DNA from: Spirochaetaceae bacterium
Lineage (GTDB): Bacteria; Spirochaetota; Spirochaetia; DSM-2461
Assembly: GCA_051531975.1 (NCBI GenBank)
Contig: JAOPTT010000007.1
Location: 120,985-184,984 of the forward strand
Direction of reading: 5' to 3'
DNA length: 64,000 nt
The translations under genes and the position numbers were made by a program. The notes under the pieces are model-generated. The model saw only the letters and a program-made list of their open reading frames with translations. It made no database searches and was not told the DNA's origin. This document shows, piece after piece, positions 9,295 through 19,026 of this stretch. Positions within the stretch are counted from its first letter, which is position 1; each line of letters starts with the position of its first letter.

Positions 9295-10236
9295 ATGATA
9301 GAACAGTATGATTTTTCAGAAATATCCTATGAATTCATTGGTCATGAGAGCTCTATGCCTTTTAAGTCTTTTTTTATATCGGTTGGTTATAGGGGAGGAC
9401 ATTGGCATCGGGAGTTTGAGTTAATTCTAGTCCTTGATGGGGAACTGATTATTACAAGAGGTATCGATACGCAGAAACTTATTAAAGGCGATATATATCT
9501 TTTGAATCCATATGAAATGCATGGATTTGTCAAAGGTGAAAAGCCTAACCTTTTACTTGTTATTCAAATTGATCCTATTATTTCTTCAGCCTGTCCATTC
9601 AATCTGCATTATTACAATTTTTTATTAACACCAGCTTCAAACCCTACATTAATTGTTAAAAATAGGATAATCAACTATATGCTTTCAATCATTAAAAATA
9701 TTGAAAATAGAAAAATTGGCTACGAATATATGTGCATGTCTGAACTACATAGTCTGATCGCTTTACTACTACAGGAAGTGGAGTACACTCAAGGAACCGA
9801 CACTGAAATAAATACAAAAATTGAGAGCATAGAAAGGATGAGTAAACTGATAGAGTATATTAACCTCCATCATGAAGAAGATATCGCACTAGCGGATCTT
9901 GCAGAATTAGTAAATCTTAGCACTTTTTATGTATCTCATCTGATTAAAGAAAACACCGGTTTATCGTTTAGACAGAACTTATCCCAAATTAGAACCCATC
10001 ATGCTATTTCTCTTATGCTAAATACAAATATGAAACTTGTTGATATAGCCTTAGAATCAGGGTTTTCTGATATTAAATACTTCAACAGAAGTTTTAAAAA
10101 ACTTTATGGAGAGACACCATCACAATTAAGAAAAATAGAAAATTGGAAAGAAGTTATTCAGCTTGAGCAGAACAATAATCTGAGAAGTTTAAATGAATTA
10201 TTACCTTATATAACAGATCTATTAGTAGAAAAATGA
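9295..10236 (+). CDS. AraC-family regulator with cupin domain
   Basis: HWHREFEL cupin; SGFSDIKYFNRSFKK...TPSQLR. Confidence 0.9.
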   Translation: MIEQYDFSEISYEFIGHESSMPFKSFFISVGYRGGHWHREFELILVLDGELIITRGIDTQKLIKGDIYLLNPYEMHGFVKGEKPNLLLVIQIDPIISSACPFNLHYYNFLLTPASNPTLIVKNRIINYMLSIIKNIENRKIGYEYMCMSELHSLIALLLQEVEYTQGTDTEINTKIESIERMSKLIEYINLHHEEDIALADLAELVNLSTFYVSHLIKENTGLSFRQNLSQIRTHHAISLMLNTNMKLVDIALESGFSDIKYFNRSFKKLYGETPSQLRKIENWKEVIQLEQNNNLRSLNELLPYITDLLVEK

Positions 10237-10265
10237 TCTATTGGTATATTAATTTAGTATATATA

Positions 10266-11195
10266 TTACTTGTTATCAAAAATAGATTTTAGTAGCTCCA
10301 GAGCTTCTACATGATCGAATTCTTGGTCATTTATATCCTGCCTATACAATCTGTCAGCCTCTATTTTTTTAACTTTACTTCTATATTCCGATGAGGTCAT
10401 ATTATACTCATCCCTTAATAATTTACTTAAATACTTCTGATCGGAAAATCCACATATCCGGGAAATATCAGCAATATTCTCATCATCTTTCATTAATAAT
10501 TTTAAAGCGTGTTCCAACCTTATATGGTTTAAAAAGTCTTGAAATCCTATTCCAAGTTTCTCCTTAATAAAATGAGACATTCTTGACCGACTTATATACT
10601 CTGTATCCGCTAGCTGTTTAAGGGTTATTTTTTCACTATGATGTCTGTTCATAAATATTATAACTCTTTTAAGCCGCTCAAGATCGTAACCATGGGAATT
10701 CATTGTTGATTTATTGATCTCTTCATATGGGATAGTTTTAAAAAGTTCAGATATAAGAATGTTAACACAACCGACAGCATTCATTAGGTTAAATGCCTTT
10801 CCTTCAATAACTTCGATCATAATATTAGACATAAGCTTTTCCAGATTGTCAACAAAGTCCCTGTTATTTAATGTATAATCACTATCAAATGATATCTGCC
10901 CCAAATGTCTAAAATAATTTGCGACAATATCATCACTTACCTGAAATGCAAGCAGTAGATTTCTACTATCTGAATGTTTTAATCGGTGTATTGTATTGGT
11001 GTTGACAAGGTAGATATCACGTTCATTTAATCTGATTGTTTTACTGCTTAATTGCAGATCAACAGAACCTTTTAAAACCCAGATCAGTTCCAGATCAGAG
11101 TGCCAATGAAACTCTCTATAATCTATACTTACAAAGAATGCTTTTATTGGAAGACCTTCTATTTTTTTAACAATCTCATATTCATAATATTCCAC
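10266..11195 (-). CDS. AraC-family regulator with cupin domain
   Basis: HWHSDLEL; CGFSDQKYL; N-terminus resembles 9295..10236. Confidence 0.9.
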   Translation of the reverse strand: MEYYEYEIVKKIEGLPIKAFFVSIDYREFHWHSDLELIWVLKGSVDLQLSSKTIRLNERDIYLVNTNTIHRLKHSDSRNLLLAFQVSDDIVANYFRHLGQISFDSDYTLNNRDFVDNLEKLMSNIMIEVIEGKAFNLMNAVGCVNILISELFKTIPYEEINKSTMNSHGYDLERLKRVIIFMNRHHSEKITLKQLADTEYISRSRMSHFIKEKLGIGFQDFLNHIRLEHALKLLMKDDENIADISRICGFSDQKYLSKLLRDEYNMTSSEYRSKVKKIEADRLYRQDINDQEFDHVEALELLKSIFDNK

Positions 11196-11215
11196 ATTGC
11201 CACCACCATATAATA

Positions 11216-12250
11216 CTATTTAATTCCTAAAATCAATTCGATAACGTACATTTCCAACGCTTCGTAATTTCTATCTTCAATTAATTTATTCTGTAAATCA
11301 TAATCGAATTTTGCTACTTTATCTTCCATTAGTTTAACAACATTCATGCTGTTTTTCAGATGTCTGTAACAATCTTCTATTTTCTGGGTTCTCATAGCTT
11401 TTACATCAAGACCTACATACTCACCATTTTTACCAAATTCATTTTCGATTAGTACTCTAACCTGGTTAAAAGCCTGTCTTAAGTTTTCTGAACCAAATGA
11501 CTTATCTTGATCATATTTCATTCCATTCTGATCGTTTAAATGAACACCCCAAAGTTTTCCAAATGCTAAACCAAAGGCCATTTCATTAGCTGGATCAAGA
11601 CCTGCTAATATAGCATGGGCACTCTCTAATAGACCACCAACTCGAGATGGATCTTTTGTTTGTGCCGAAACACCCATAACATGCCCCATTGTTGGACAAA
11701 AGCTTCTATCTATTGGTTCATTTGGCTTAGGTTCAATTAATACTTTAATTTCAGAATTATAATCAAGCATCATGTCAATTGCGCTAACCAATCTGTTAAC
11801 ACCTTCTACAGGATCTTTACTCTCATAACAAAGAGTCCCCTCTCTTGCTAGCCATAATACTATTTTATCACACTCTAGTTCTTTTGCAATATCTATAGAA
11901 CGATATGCTCTCCACATTGCAAATTCACGGTCTTCTTTACTCATAGAAGTAAATCCACCATCATGGGTATGATCATCCTCCCAAAGTCTAGGAGCAACAA
12001 ATTCTGCTACAAGATTGTATTTTTCTAGAAGAGTTTTAACTTTTTTTGCTTCAGCTTTGATCTCTTCAATTGATAGATCGTTAATGTTTGGGACTGCGTC
12101 ATCATCGTGGAACTGAATCGCACTGAATCCCATTTCTGAAAACCTTTTTAACTTCTCTTCAAAAGATATACCTTCTCTAACTGTTGGTCCAAAAGCATCC
12201 GCTCCCTCATGCACATTCCACGGTCCTACCGAAAATTTAAATTGACTCAT
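11216..12250 (-). CDS. Xylose-isomerase-family sugar isomerase (divergent subfamily)
   Basis: FHDDD, DGGFTS, VLWLAREG, IEPKPNEP, HLNDQNG, KYDQD metal/substrate motifs; GGAGG RBS. Confidence 0.85.
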   Translation of the reverse strand: MSQFKFSVGPWNVHEGADAFGPTVREGISFEEKLKRFSEMGFSAIQFHDDDAVPNINDLSIEEIKAEAKKVKTLLEKYNLVAEFVAPRLWEDDHTHDGGFTSMSKEDREFAMWRAYRSIDIAKELECDKIVLWLAREGTLCYESKDPVEGVNRLVSAIDMMLDYNSEIKVLIEPKPNEPIDRSFCPTMGHVMGVSAQTKDPSRVGGLLESAHAILAGLDPANEMAFGLAFGKLWGVHLNDQNGMKYDQDKSFGSENLRQAFNQVRVLIENEFGKNGEYVGLDVKAMRTQKIEDCYRHLKNSMNVVKLMEDKVAKFDYDLQNKLIEDRNYEALEMYVIELILGIK

Positions 12251-12444
12251 AAAAAACCTCCATAAAGTTTTAATTCATAATTTTATGATTAACTTTACCA
12301 TGGGACCTGTTAGTTGAGTACGGACGGAGTTGTCGATTATATATGACAATATGGCTATAATAATCTTATTCTATTTATTACTCATGTAATTGATTTATGT
12401 CAAAATTCAAAAAAATCACTATAATCTGTACCTTTTATAAATTC

Positions 12445-12479
12445 AAAAACTTTATATATTATATATAAAGTTTTTTTTT
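12445..12479. terminator. AT-rich hairpin terminator downstream of mtlD-like gene
   Basis: aaaaactttatata-tta-tatataaagttttt perfect inverted repeat with T/A tails. Confidence 0.55.
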
Positions 12480-12562
12480 GAGGAGGATTATATTGGCAAT
12501 GTAAATAGTGATATTCCTGCTTAATAGGATATTATTGATCCTATTAAGCTAAACGTTATTAT

Positions 12563-13726
12563 TTAAAGTTTTTCCAGATGTTTTAATATCTCAATATCTT
12601 CTTGATTTACTTCATCAAGTCCACATATATCCCTACCGATCATTACAGGATTCTTGTTGGCTATATCATTATAAAATTCTATATCCGGTGGAAATTCCGA
12701 TCTGAATTTTAAACCTGCTAAATATACTTCCATAATGTTACCCCAGGGAGTCCCATTTTTAATGGCTTCAATCATTGCTCCTAATACTCTGTCGGATCTG
12801 TTAAGTTTTCTCCTCTGATCCTTTCCTACTCTAAAAATAGTATCACCTAAAGTTCTATTACCGAACCGGGTTATAAGATCTTCAATATGTTCAGTAAGAG
12901 ATTCCCTTGAAAATACATCTGGATATAGTTTCAATAAAATAGTTGCAGACTCTTCCATAACATCTCTGACTTTGTTTCTTATATGGTGCAGTGTAATAAC
13001 ATCACTAATCAAACCTTTTTTACATCCTTCAAGATATCCAAAGTATGCTGTTGCCACATGGCCAAGATTATGAATAAATAGTTTCCTATCTACATATGCT
13101 TGGATATTATTAACAGGGCTCAACCCTTTTAATTCAGGACATTTTGTTAAAAAACCATTTTTATCAAGAATTAGAGAGTTATACTCTTCTGCAAATAGCT
13201 GTAGAGGATCATCCCTCAAACTCTCTTCACTCATAATCGGAACCATCTTTCCTATACTACACTCTATAACACCAATAATTGTACCAGGGTGTATGTATTG
13301 TGGGATAGATTTTATTACTTCTTGGAAAAAGAATCTTTTCCCTTTATGTATATTTTCTGCAAGAATTATATCAAGAGGTGTCATTTTATTACTTCTTCTA
13401 ATAAGTGCAGCTTCGCATATAGTTGGAATAATATACGGGAGAGCTCTTAAACCTACTGATGTTGCTACATAATCAGCATCTATTAAACTTTTAACAACAT
13501 CAATTTTATTGTTGCCATCTATAGCCGAGACAGGTCCGACAGTCATAATAACATCGGGGTGTCCATCTTTTTTAATTATAACATTATATTGGGATTTCTC
13601 ATTTAGTTGTTTTACCAGTTTTCTATTAGTATCTATAAAGACTACTTTAAATCCTCCTGCACTAAATAGTTGTCCAATAAAAGATCGTCCGATATTCCCA
13701 GCACCAAAAATAACAATACTTTTCAT
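12563..13726 (-). CDS. mtlD: Mannitol-1-phosphate 5-dehydrogenase-family protein
   Basis: FGAGNIGRSFIG, ATSVG, AEN, RKLFIHNLGH, RFGN...RVG...RKL...DR. Confidence 0.8.
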   Translation of the reverse strand: MKSIVIFGAGNIGRSFIGQLFSAGGFKVVFIDTNRKLVKQLNEKSQYNVIIKKDGHPDVIMTVGPVSAIDGNNKIDVVKSLIDADYVATSVGLRALPYIIPTICEAALIRRSNKMTPLDIILAENIHKGKRFFFQEVIKSIPQYIHPGTIIGVIECSIGKMVPIMSEESLRDDPLQLFAEEYNSLILDKNGFLTKCPELKGLSPVNNIQAYVDRKLFIHNLGHVATAYFGYLEGCKKGLISDVITLHHIRNKVRDVMEESATILLKLYPDVFSRESLTEHIEDLITRFGNRTLGDTIFRVGKDQRRKLNRSDRVLGAMIEAIKNGTPWGNIMEVYLAGLKFRSEFPPDIEFYNDIANKNPVMIGRDICGLDEVNQEDIEILKHLEKL

Positions 13727-14919
13727 ACAGTAACCTCGTAAATTTCACGAAACCTTTCTACAAGTTGCAGCTTCTCTCCAGGACTCTCCTCAGATAACAT
13801 TCCGCCTAAACTAAAACATGTGGATGCCCCGGTACAACTTCCTATAATTACAGCTTCTTTAAGATCTAATTTATTACGATCTTCCAAAAGCTGCTCTGTT
13901 ATAGATGAAATAACACCTCCAGCAAAATTATCTCCACAGCCTGTAGTATCACCACTAATTAAATCCATAGATAATATCTCTTGGCAGTTTATATTTAGAA
14001 CTGGAAGAGACTCTGTATTCACATCCTTAAAAATCTTTGAGTTTTCTTCAGCATAATAGGTCACATCTTCTGCACCATTTGTTATTATAAGGGCTTTTAA
14101 TTTCCAGGTTTTAAACTGTTTTATGGCATCTGCAATACAACTTTTACCAGATAATCTTAAAGCCTCAACATGATCTGTAATTAAAAGATCTATGTGTGAA
14201 TAACTATCGGTTGTATTCCCTAAAGGCCATCTATCCACTGGACTTTTTTCTTCATTAAAGAAATCAAATACAGTAGTTACAATATTTATTTTTCCGGCTC
14301 TAAATCCTCTATCCAATAGAGATGACAAATCATTATGAATTCCTGGGGTTAATGCTGTCGCACCGTAAATTAGGATGTCACCATCGAAAAAATCATCTCC
14401 AAGATAGATGGATCTGTAATCCCCAGCACAACCTATTGTATTTATAAAAGTTCTCTCTCCATGGGAATTATAATTTGGATCTGATAATACAGTTGTCTCA
14501 GCTGTAATGCCTGTTACCTCATTATAAAATTCTGTGTTTATAGATGGGGCAAACTCATTTAATTTTTTAAGAAGATATAACCCGTTTTCATCATCTCCAT
14601 GATTTTGAAAAAAATTAAATATTACAGACTTTTTATGTAATATTTGAGCCATACTGATAAGAGCTACAATTGCGGGGCCACCAACATTAAGTTCTTCTTT
14701 AAAATTATCTAAACCTATATCACTAAGTATGTGTCCTAAAGAGACTCCTGAATATTTTTCAAGATTTTCTCTAAAAACCAACTCTCCCGGAGAAAGTCCG
14801 CCATCACCTTTTATTTGTGATAAGTATGGCTTTATTTCTGTTGAGCTAAAATCAACACCAGTAATTATTTTGTCTACAAGACAACATCCTGTAGCATTTA
14901 TCTTTAGTTTTCTAATCAT
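13723..14919 (-). CDS. PfkB/ribokinase-family carbohydrate kinase
   Basis: GGPA, ERTF, ITNGA, DTTGCGDNFAGG signature. Confidence 0.88.
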   Translation of the reverse strand: MIRKLKINATGCCLVDKIITGVDFSSTEIKPYLSQIKGDGGLSPGELVFRENLEKYSGVSLGHILSDIGLDNFKEELNVGGPAIVALISMAQILHKKSVIFNFFQNHGDDENGLYLLKKLNEFAPSINTEFYNEVTGITAETTVLSDPNYNSHGERTFINTIGCAGDYRSIYLGDDFFDGDILIYGATALTPGIHNDLSSLLDRGFRAGKINIVTTVFDFFNEEKSPVDRWPLGNTTDSYSHIDLLITDHVEALRLSGKSCIADAIKQFKTWKLKALIITNGAEDVTYYAEENSKIFKDVNTESLPVLNINCQEILSMDLISGDTTGCGDNFAGGVISSITEQLLEDRNKLDLKEAVIIGSCTGASTCFSLGGMLSEESPGEKLQLVERFREIYEVTV

Positions 14920-14950
14920 AATTTATAATCATGTCATTTCAGATATATAA

Positions 14951-15049
14951 CTATGTCGTTCTTGCTCAATTAAATAGACATTCTTGCGATAATAAGTGGT
15001 GTTAATAAAATAGCAAGAATGTCTACGAAATGTAGCAAAACAGGGATAG
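14951..15049. promoter_or_regulatory. Inverted pair of tandem operator-like repeats (core GCAAGAA)
   Basis: Perfect 13-bp inverted repeat TAGACATTCTTGC (14975-87) / GCAAGAATGTCTA (15013-25); each arm has a second copy 22 bp away. Confidence 0.6.
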
Positions 15050-15180
15050 CGTAATAAAGATTATTGAGTTCGGGAATCTTATTTTTTGTAGTAAAATGAA
15101 CTTTTTCTACCTATCCAATACTACGGCTATGCATCTCTAATTTCATTGTTCTGCAGTTATAGTTGTGTTATATTAAAAAT

Positions 15181-16893
15181 ATGCCAGAAATAATGCCAAA
15201 TCGTCCTGATAATAAAACACCTGTTTTATGGGTTACAGAGGAAAAAGAAATTCCAATTAGACCTGAAAATCCGGAATTACTTTCTGAATATGATTCTGAT
15301 CATTGGTATGATCTAGAATATGCTGGCTGGGGTGAAAAGAAAATCAATATTCCTAAATCTCCTGCAAATGGTCCTAAGGGTAAAAAAATCACTTGTTTGA
15401 TGCCAGAAGTTATTCACCCTTATTACATCTTATATAAAAATGGTATGCAAGAAATAGCAGATAAATTTCAAATTAATTTGACTTTTAAATATTCAGAATG
15501 GGGTACGGATGAGCAAAATCTACATGTTTATGAAACAATTAAAGAGAGACCTGATCTTGTAATTTTAGTCCCGAATAGTACTGATACAACGTCACAATGG
15601 TTTAAGGATATTAACAACGCTGGGATACCGGTTATTGCAAGTAATCTATTTCCTGAAATAGGTAGTTTTCAATATCTATTATCATGGACAGGTCCTGACG
15701 ACTGGCTGCAATGTAGAGTTTTAGCTAGAAAATTTGCAGAAATTATGAATTATAAAGGTGGTTATGCTGTTGTTTGTCATGTTACTGGTTGTTCCGCATA
15801 TTATTCTAGGAAGTGGGGCGTTATATCAGAACTTAAGAAGATAGCTCCAGAAATGAAAGTTTTAGCAATGGGATCTTCAAATCTCGATACAGACGTTTCT
15901 TACAACATGACCAAATTATGGATAGAGGAATATGAAGAAGACTTAAAAGGTATTTTTTGCTCCGATGATGATTCTCCACAGATTGGGGTAAATAAAGCCC
16001 TAGCGGAACTGGATCGAGAAGATATAACTTGTGTAGCCATTGGTAGTACAAGTACTGGAATTAGCTTATTAAATGATGGACATTTAGATGCAATTACATT
16101 GCAAAAAGCAGACCTAGATGGAGCACTGCCTATTCAAGTTGCAGTAGACTGGTTTAATGGGTTAAAAGTTCCTCCACTTAGATATCTGCCTATTCATATA
16201 TTAACTAAAAATAATATTTCAGACCTTAATTCTAATTATAATAACCCAGGCGAAATTAACATGGATCATCTATTTAGAATGATTATGGAGTGTAATAAAG
16301 ATGGTGTTGCCGGTTTTTTCTCTTCTATTGGAACAAAATTTTCATTACTAGGTGTATTATCGATCAACTATTTTAAGGGTTTTTCAATAGAGTTATTATC
16401 AAGTTTAATTAATATAGTAAAATCAAAAAATCTTTCAGAAAAAGATATAATTGGTGATTATGAGACAATTTTTAAGAATCTTTTTAATCAGCAAAGTACA
16501 GAATTAACTCTAAAATGGCTAAATAAAGTTGCATTTACTATTATTGATGAACTTAAATCAAGTATAACTCCATGTTTAATAAAGCAGGTCGTAGAATATG
16601 TTAATGATAACTTTACAGAACCAATATCATTAAAAACAATATCAAATAAGTTTGATAATTCAGCTGCATATATTGGCCGACTATTTAAAGAAGAAACTGG
16701 AATGAACTTTTCAAAATATTTAAATACACTTAGAATTGATAAAGCCAAGGAACTTCTAATAAACTCAAATGTTAAAGCAAATAAAGTTGGTCTTCAGGTT
16801 GGTTATGCAGATCCTAATTATTTTTATATTACCTTCAAAAAATATACTGGACTATACCCCTCTGAATATTTAGAAAACATGAACTCTAAATAA
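15181..16893 (+). CDS. Sugar-binding-protein domain fused to AraC HTH (paralog 2)
   Basis: Start moved from the TTG at 15163 to ATG 15181 by alignment with paralog 3 and by the promoter TTGTTC-N17-TATATT. SWTGPDDW, DWFNG and a C-terminal AraC domain. Confidence 0.88.
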   Translation: MPEIMPNRPDNKTPVLWVTEEKEIPIRPENPELLSEYDSDHWYDLEYAGWGEKKINIPKSPANGPKGKKITCLMPEVIHPYYILYKNGMQEIADKFQINLTFKYSEWGTDEQNLHVYETIKERPDLVILVPNSTDTTSQWFKDINNAGIPVIASNLFPEIGSFQYLLSWTGPDDWLQCRVLARKFAEIMNYKGGYAVVCHVTGCSAYYSRKWGVISELKKIAPEMKVLAMGSSNLDTDVSYNMTKLWIEEYEEDLKGIFCSDDDSPQIGVNKALAELDREDITCVAIGSTSTGISLLNDGHLDAITLQKADLDGALPIQVAVDWFNGLKVPPLRYLPIHILTKNNISDLNSNYNNPGEINMDHLFRMIMECNKDGVAGFFSSIGTKFSLLGVLSINYFKGFSIELLSSLINIVKSKNLSEKDIIGDYETIFKNLFNQQSTELTLKWLNKVAFTIIDELKSSITPCLIKQVVEYVNDNFTEPISLKTISNKFDNSAAYIGRLFKEETGMNFSKYLNTLRIDKAKELLINSNVKANKVGLQVGYADPNYFYITFKKYTGLYPSEYLENMNSK

Positions 16894-17005
16894 TTATTAC
16901 ATATAAAAACAGAGCCAAATACTAATACTAGATAATGGTTTCATACACTATTTTTGTAGTTAGAAATTTGTTGTTCTGCAGTTACAATTATGTTATGTTT
17001 ATTAC

Positions 17006-18718
17006 ATGCTAGATACAAATCAAAATCGTCCTGATAATAAAACACCAGTTTTATGGGTTACAGAGGAAAAAGAGATTCCAATCAGACCTGAACATCCGGA
17101 ATTACTTCCTGAAAACGATTCTGATCATTGGTATGATCTTGAGTATGCTGGTTGGGGTGAAAAGAAGATAAATATACCGAAATCCCCAGCAAATGGTCCA
17201 AAGGGTAAAAATATTACTTGTTTAATGCCAGGACATATTCACCCGTATATGATTGCATATGAACATGGGATGAAAGCTATCGCTGATAAATTTAGAATTA
17301 ATTTGACATTTAAGTATTCAGAGTGGGGAGATGACGAACAACAGCAACAGGTATATCAAACTATTAGTGAAAATCCAGATTTAATAATAATAATTCCAAA
17401 TAGTTCTGATACTAGTTCATTATGGTTTCAAGACATTAACAAAGCTGGGATACCAGTTATCGCAAGTAACTTATTACCAGAATCTGGTGGATTTAAATAT
17501 TTATTATCATGGACTGGCCCAGATGACTGGCAACAAAGTAGAGTTTTGGCTAGAAAATTCGCTAAGCTTATGGATAATAAGGGTGGTTATGCGATTGTAT
17601 GTCATTTAGATGGGTGTTCAGCATATTATTCTAGAAAATGGGGTGTTGTCTCTGAACTTCATAAGATAGCTCCTGACATGGAAGTTCTTGAAATGGGTTC
17701 ATCAAATCTAGATACCGAAGAAACATATAAAATGACAAAAATATGGTTAGAAAAATATGGTGATAAACTTAATGGTATTTTTTGCTCAGATGATAGTAAT
17801 GTACAATTGGGAGTTAATAAAGCCATTTCAGAAATGGGGCGTTCAGATGTAACTTGTGTTGCTATTGGTAGCACAAATACTGGAATGCGATTATTAAAAG
17901 ATGGATCTTTGGATGCAATTACATTCCAAAAAGCAGACTTAGACGGGGCACTTCCTATTCAAGTTGCTGTAGATTGGTTTAATGGATTAAAAGTTTCTCC
18001 ACTTAGGTACCTACCTATTCATATTTTAACAAAAAATAATGTTTCAGACTTTGTTTTTAATTATGATAATCCAGAAGAAATTGACACAGATTATCTTTTA
18101 AGAATGATTATTGAATGTAATCGAGATGGTGTTTCTATCTTTTTTTCATCGATCATAACAAAATTCTCATCTATGGGTGTATTGTCAATCGACTATTTTA
18201 AAGGCTTTTCAATAGAGCTATTATCAAGTTTAATTAATATAGTAAAATCAAATAAACTTTCAGAAAAAGATGTTATTGGAGATTATGAGACAATTTTTAA
18301 GAAGCTCTTTAATCAACAAAGTACAGAATTAACCCTAGAGTGGTTAAAAGAAGTTTCATTAACTATAGTAGATGAGATCCAATCGAGTATTAAAGTTACT
18401 CCTAGTCTAATAAAACAGGTAGTAGAATATGTTAATGATAATTTTACAAAGCCTATATCATTAAAAACAATATCAAATACATTTGAGAACTCCGCCGCCT
18501 ATATAGGTAGGCTTTTTAAAGAAGAAACCGGTGAAAGTTTCTCAAAATATTTAAATAGACTTAGAATTGAGAAAGCAAAGGAGCTTTTATTAAATTCTAA
18601 TGTAAAAGCTAATAAAGTGGCTATTCAAGTTGGTTATGGTGATCCTAATTATTTTTATATAACATTTAAAAAATTTACTGGTCTATTTCCATCTGAATAT
18701 CTACATAGTCTTAAATAA
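17006..18718 (+). CDS. Sugar-binding-protein domain fused to AraC HTH (paralog 3, tandem duplicate of paralog 2)
   Basis: Colinear and highly similar to 15181..16893, including the upstream promoter TTGTTC-N17-TATGTT. Confidence 0.9.
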   Translation: MLDTNQNRPDNKTPVLWVTEEKEIPIRPEHPELLPENDSDHWYDLEYAGWGEKKINIPKSPANGPKGKNITCLMPGHIHPYMIAYEHGMKAIADKFRINLTFKYSEWGDDEQQQQVYQTISENPDLIIIIPNSSDTSSLWFQDINKAGIPVIASNLLPESGGFKYLLSWTGPDDWQQSRVLARKFAKLMDNKGGYAIVCHLDGCSAYYSRKWGVVSELHKIAPDMEVLEMGSSNLDTEETYKMTKIWLEKYGDKLNGIFCSDDSNVQLGVNKAISEMGRSDVTCVAIGSTNTGMRLLKDGSLDAITFQKADLDGALPIQVAVDWFNGLKVSPLRYLPIHILTKNNVSDFVFNYDNPEEIDTDYLLRMIIECNRDGVSIFFSSIITKFSSMGVLSIDYFKGFSIELLSSLINIVKSNKLSEKDVIGDYETIFKKLFNQQSTELTLEWLKEVSLTIVDEIQSSIKVTPSLIKQVVEYVNDNFTKPISLKTISNTFENSAAYIGRLFKEETGESFSKYLNRLRIEKAKELLLNSNVKANKVAIQVGYGDPNYFYITFKKFTGLFPSEYLHSLK

Positions 18719-18826
18719 CATCGTTAATTAGGTTTTTAACTTGATAGTCCCAATAATTAGATCTCAAATAATCCAAAAGAATCGTAAAATATAATCAATT
18801 TATATAATTAAATCTTTTTATAGTAA

Positions 18827-18910
18827 TGATAATTGTTACTATATTTTTGTAAATTATTGCTATTTTTATGTAAATTATTACTGTTGTTTTGTAAATAAAC
18901 ACTGTTGTTG
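18827..18910 (+). promoter_or_regulatory. Four 21-bp tandem direct repeats upstream of ABC operon (probable AraC-family binding array)
   Basis: Units at 18827, 18848, 18869, 18890, consensus TGTAAATTATTACTRTTKTTT. Confidence 0.7.
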
Positions 18911-19026
18911 GTATAAAAATACAGGGCTATTATTAATTAACGCTAAAACAAAAAGATGAAAGTTTAATTGTTTTTATATGTTATTAAAAGAGCTTATTTT
19001 TGGAAGGAGACCAGAGGAAAATATGA

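Noticed and set aside
12263..12297. Imperfect palindrome (TCATAAttTTATGA core) in the isomerase leader
   Set aside because: It is AT-rich and single-copy, so it cannot be distinguished from chance.
12481..12504. Strong AGGAGG followed by TTG-GCA-ATG-TAA
   Set aside because: Only three codons follow. It could be a deleted-gene remnant, but there is no supporting homology.
18827..18910. Possible CRISPR array
   Set aside because: The units are contiguous, degenerate 21-mers with no unique spacers, and there are no cas genes.
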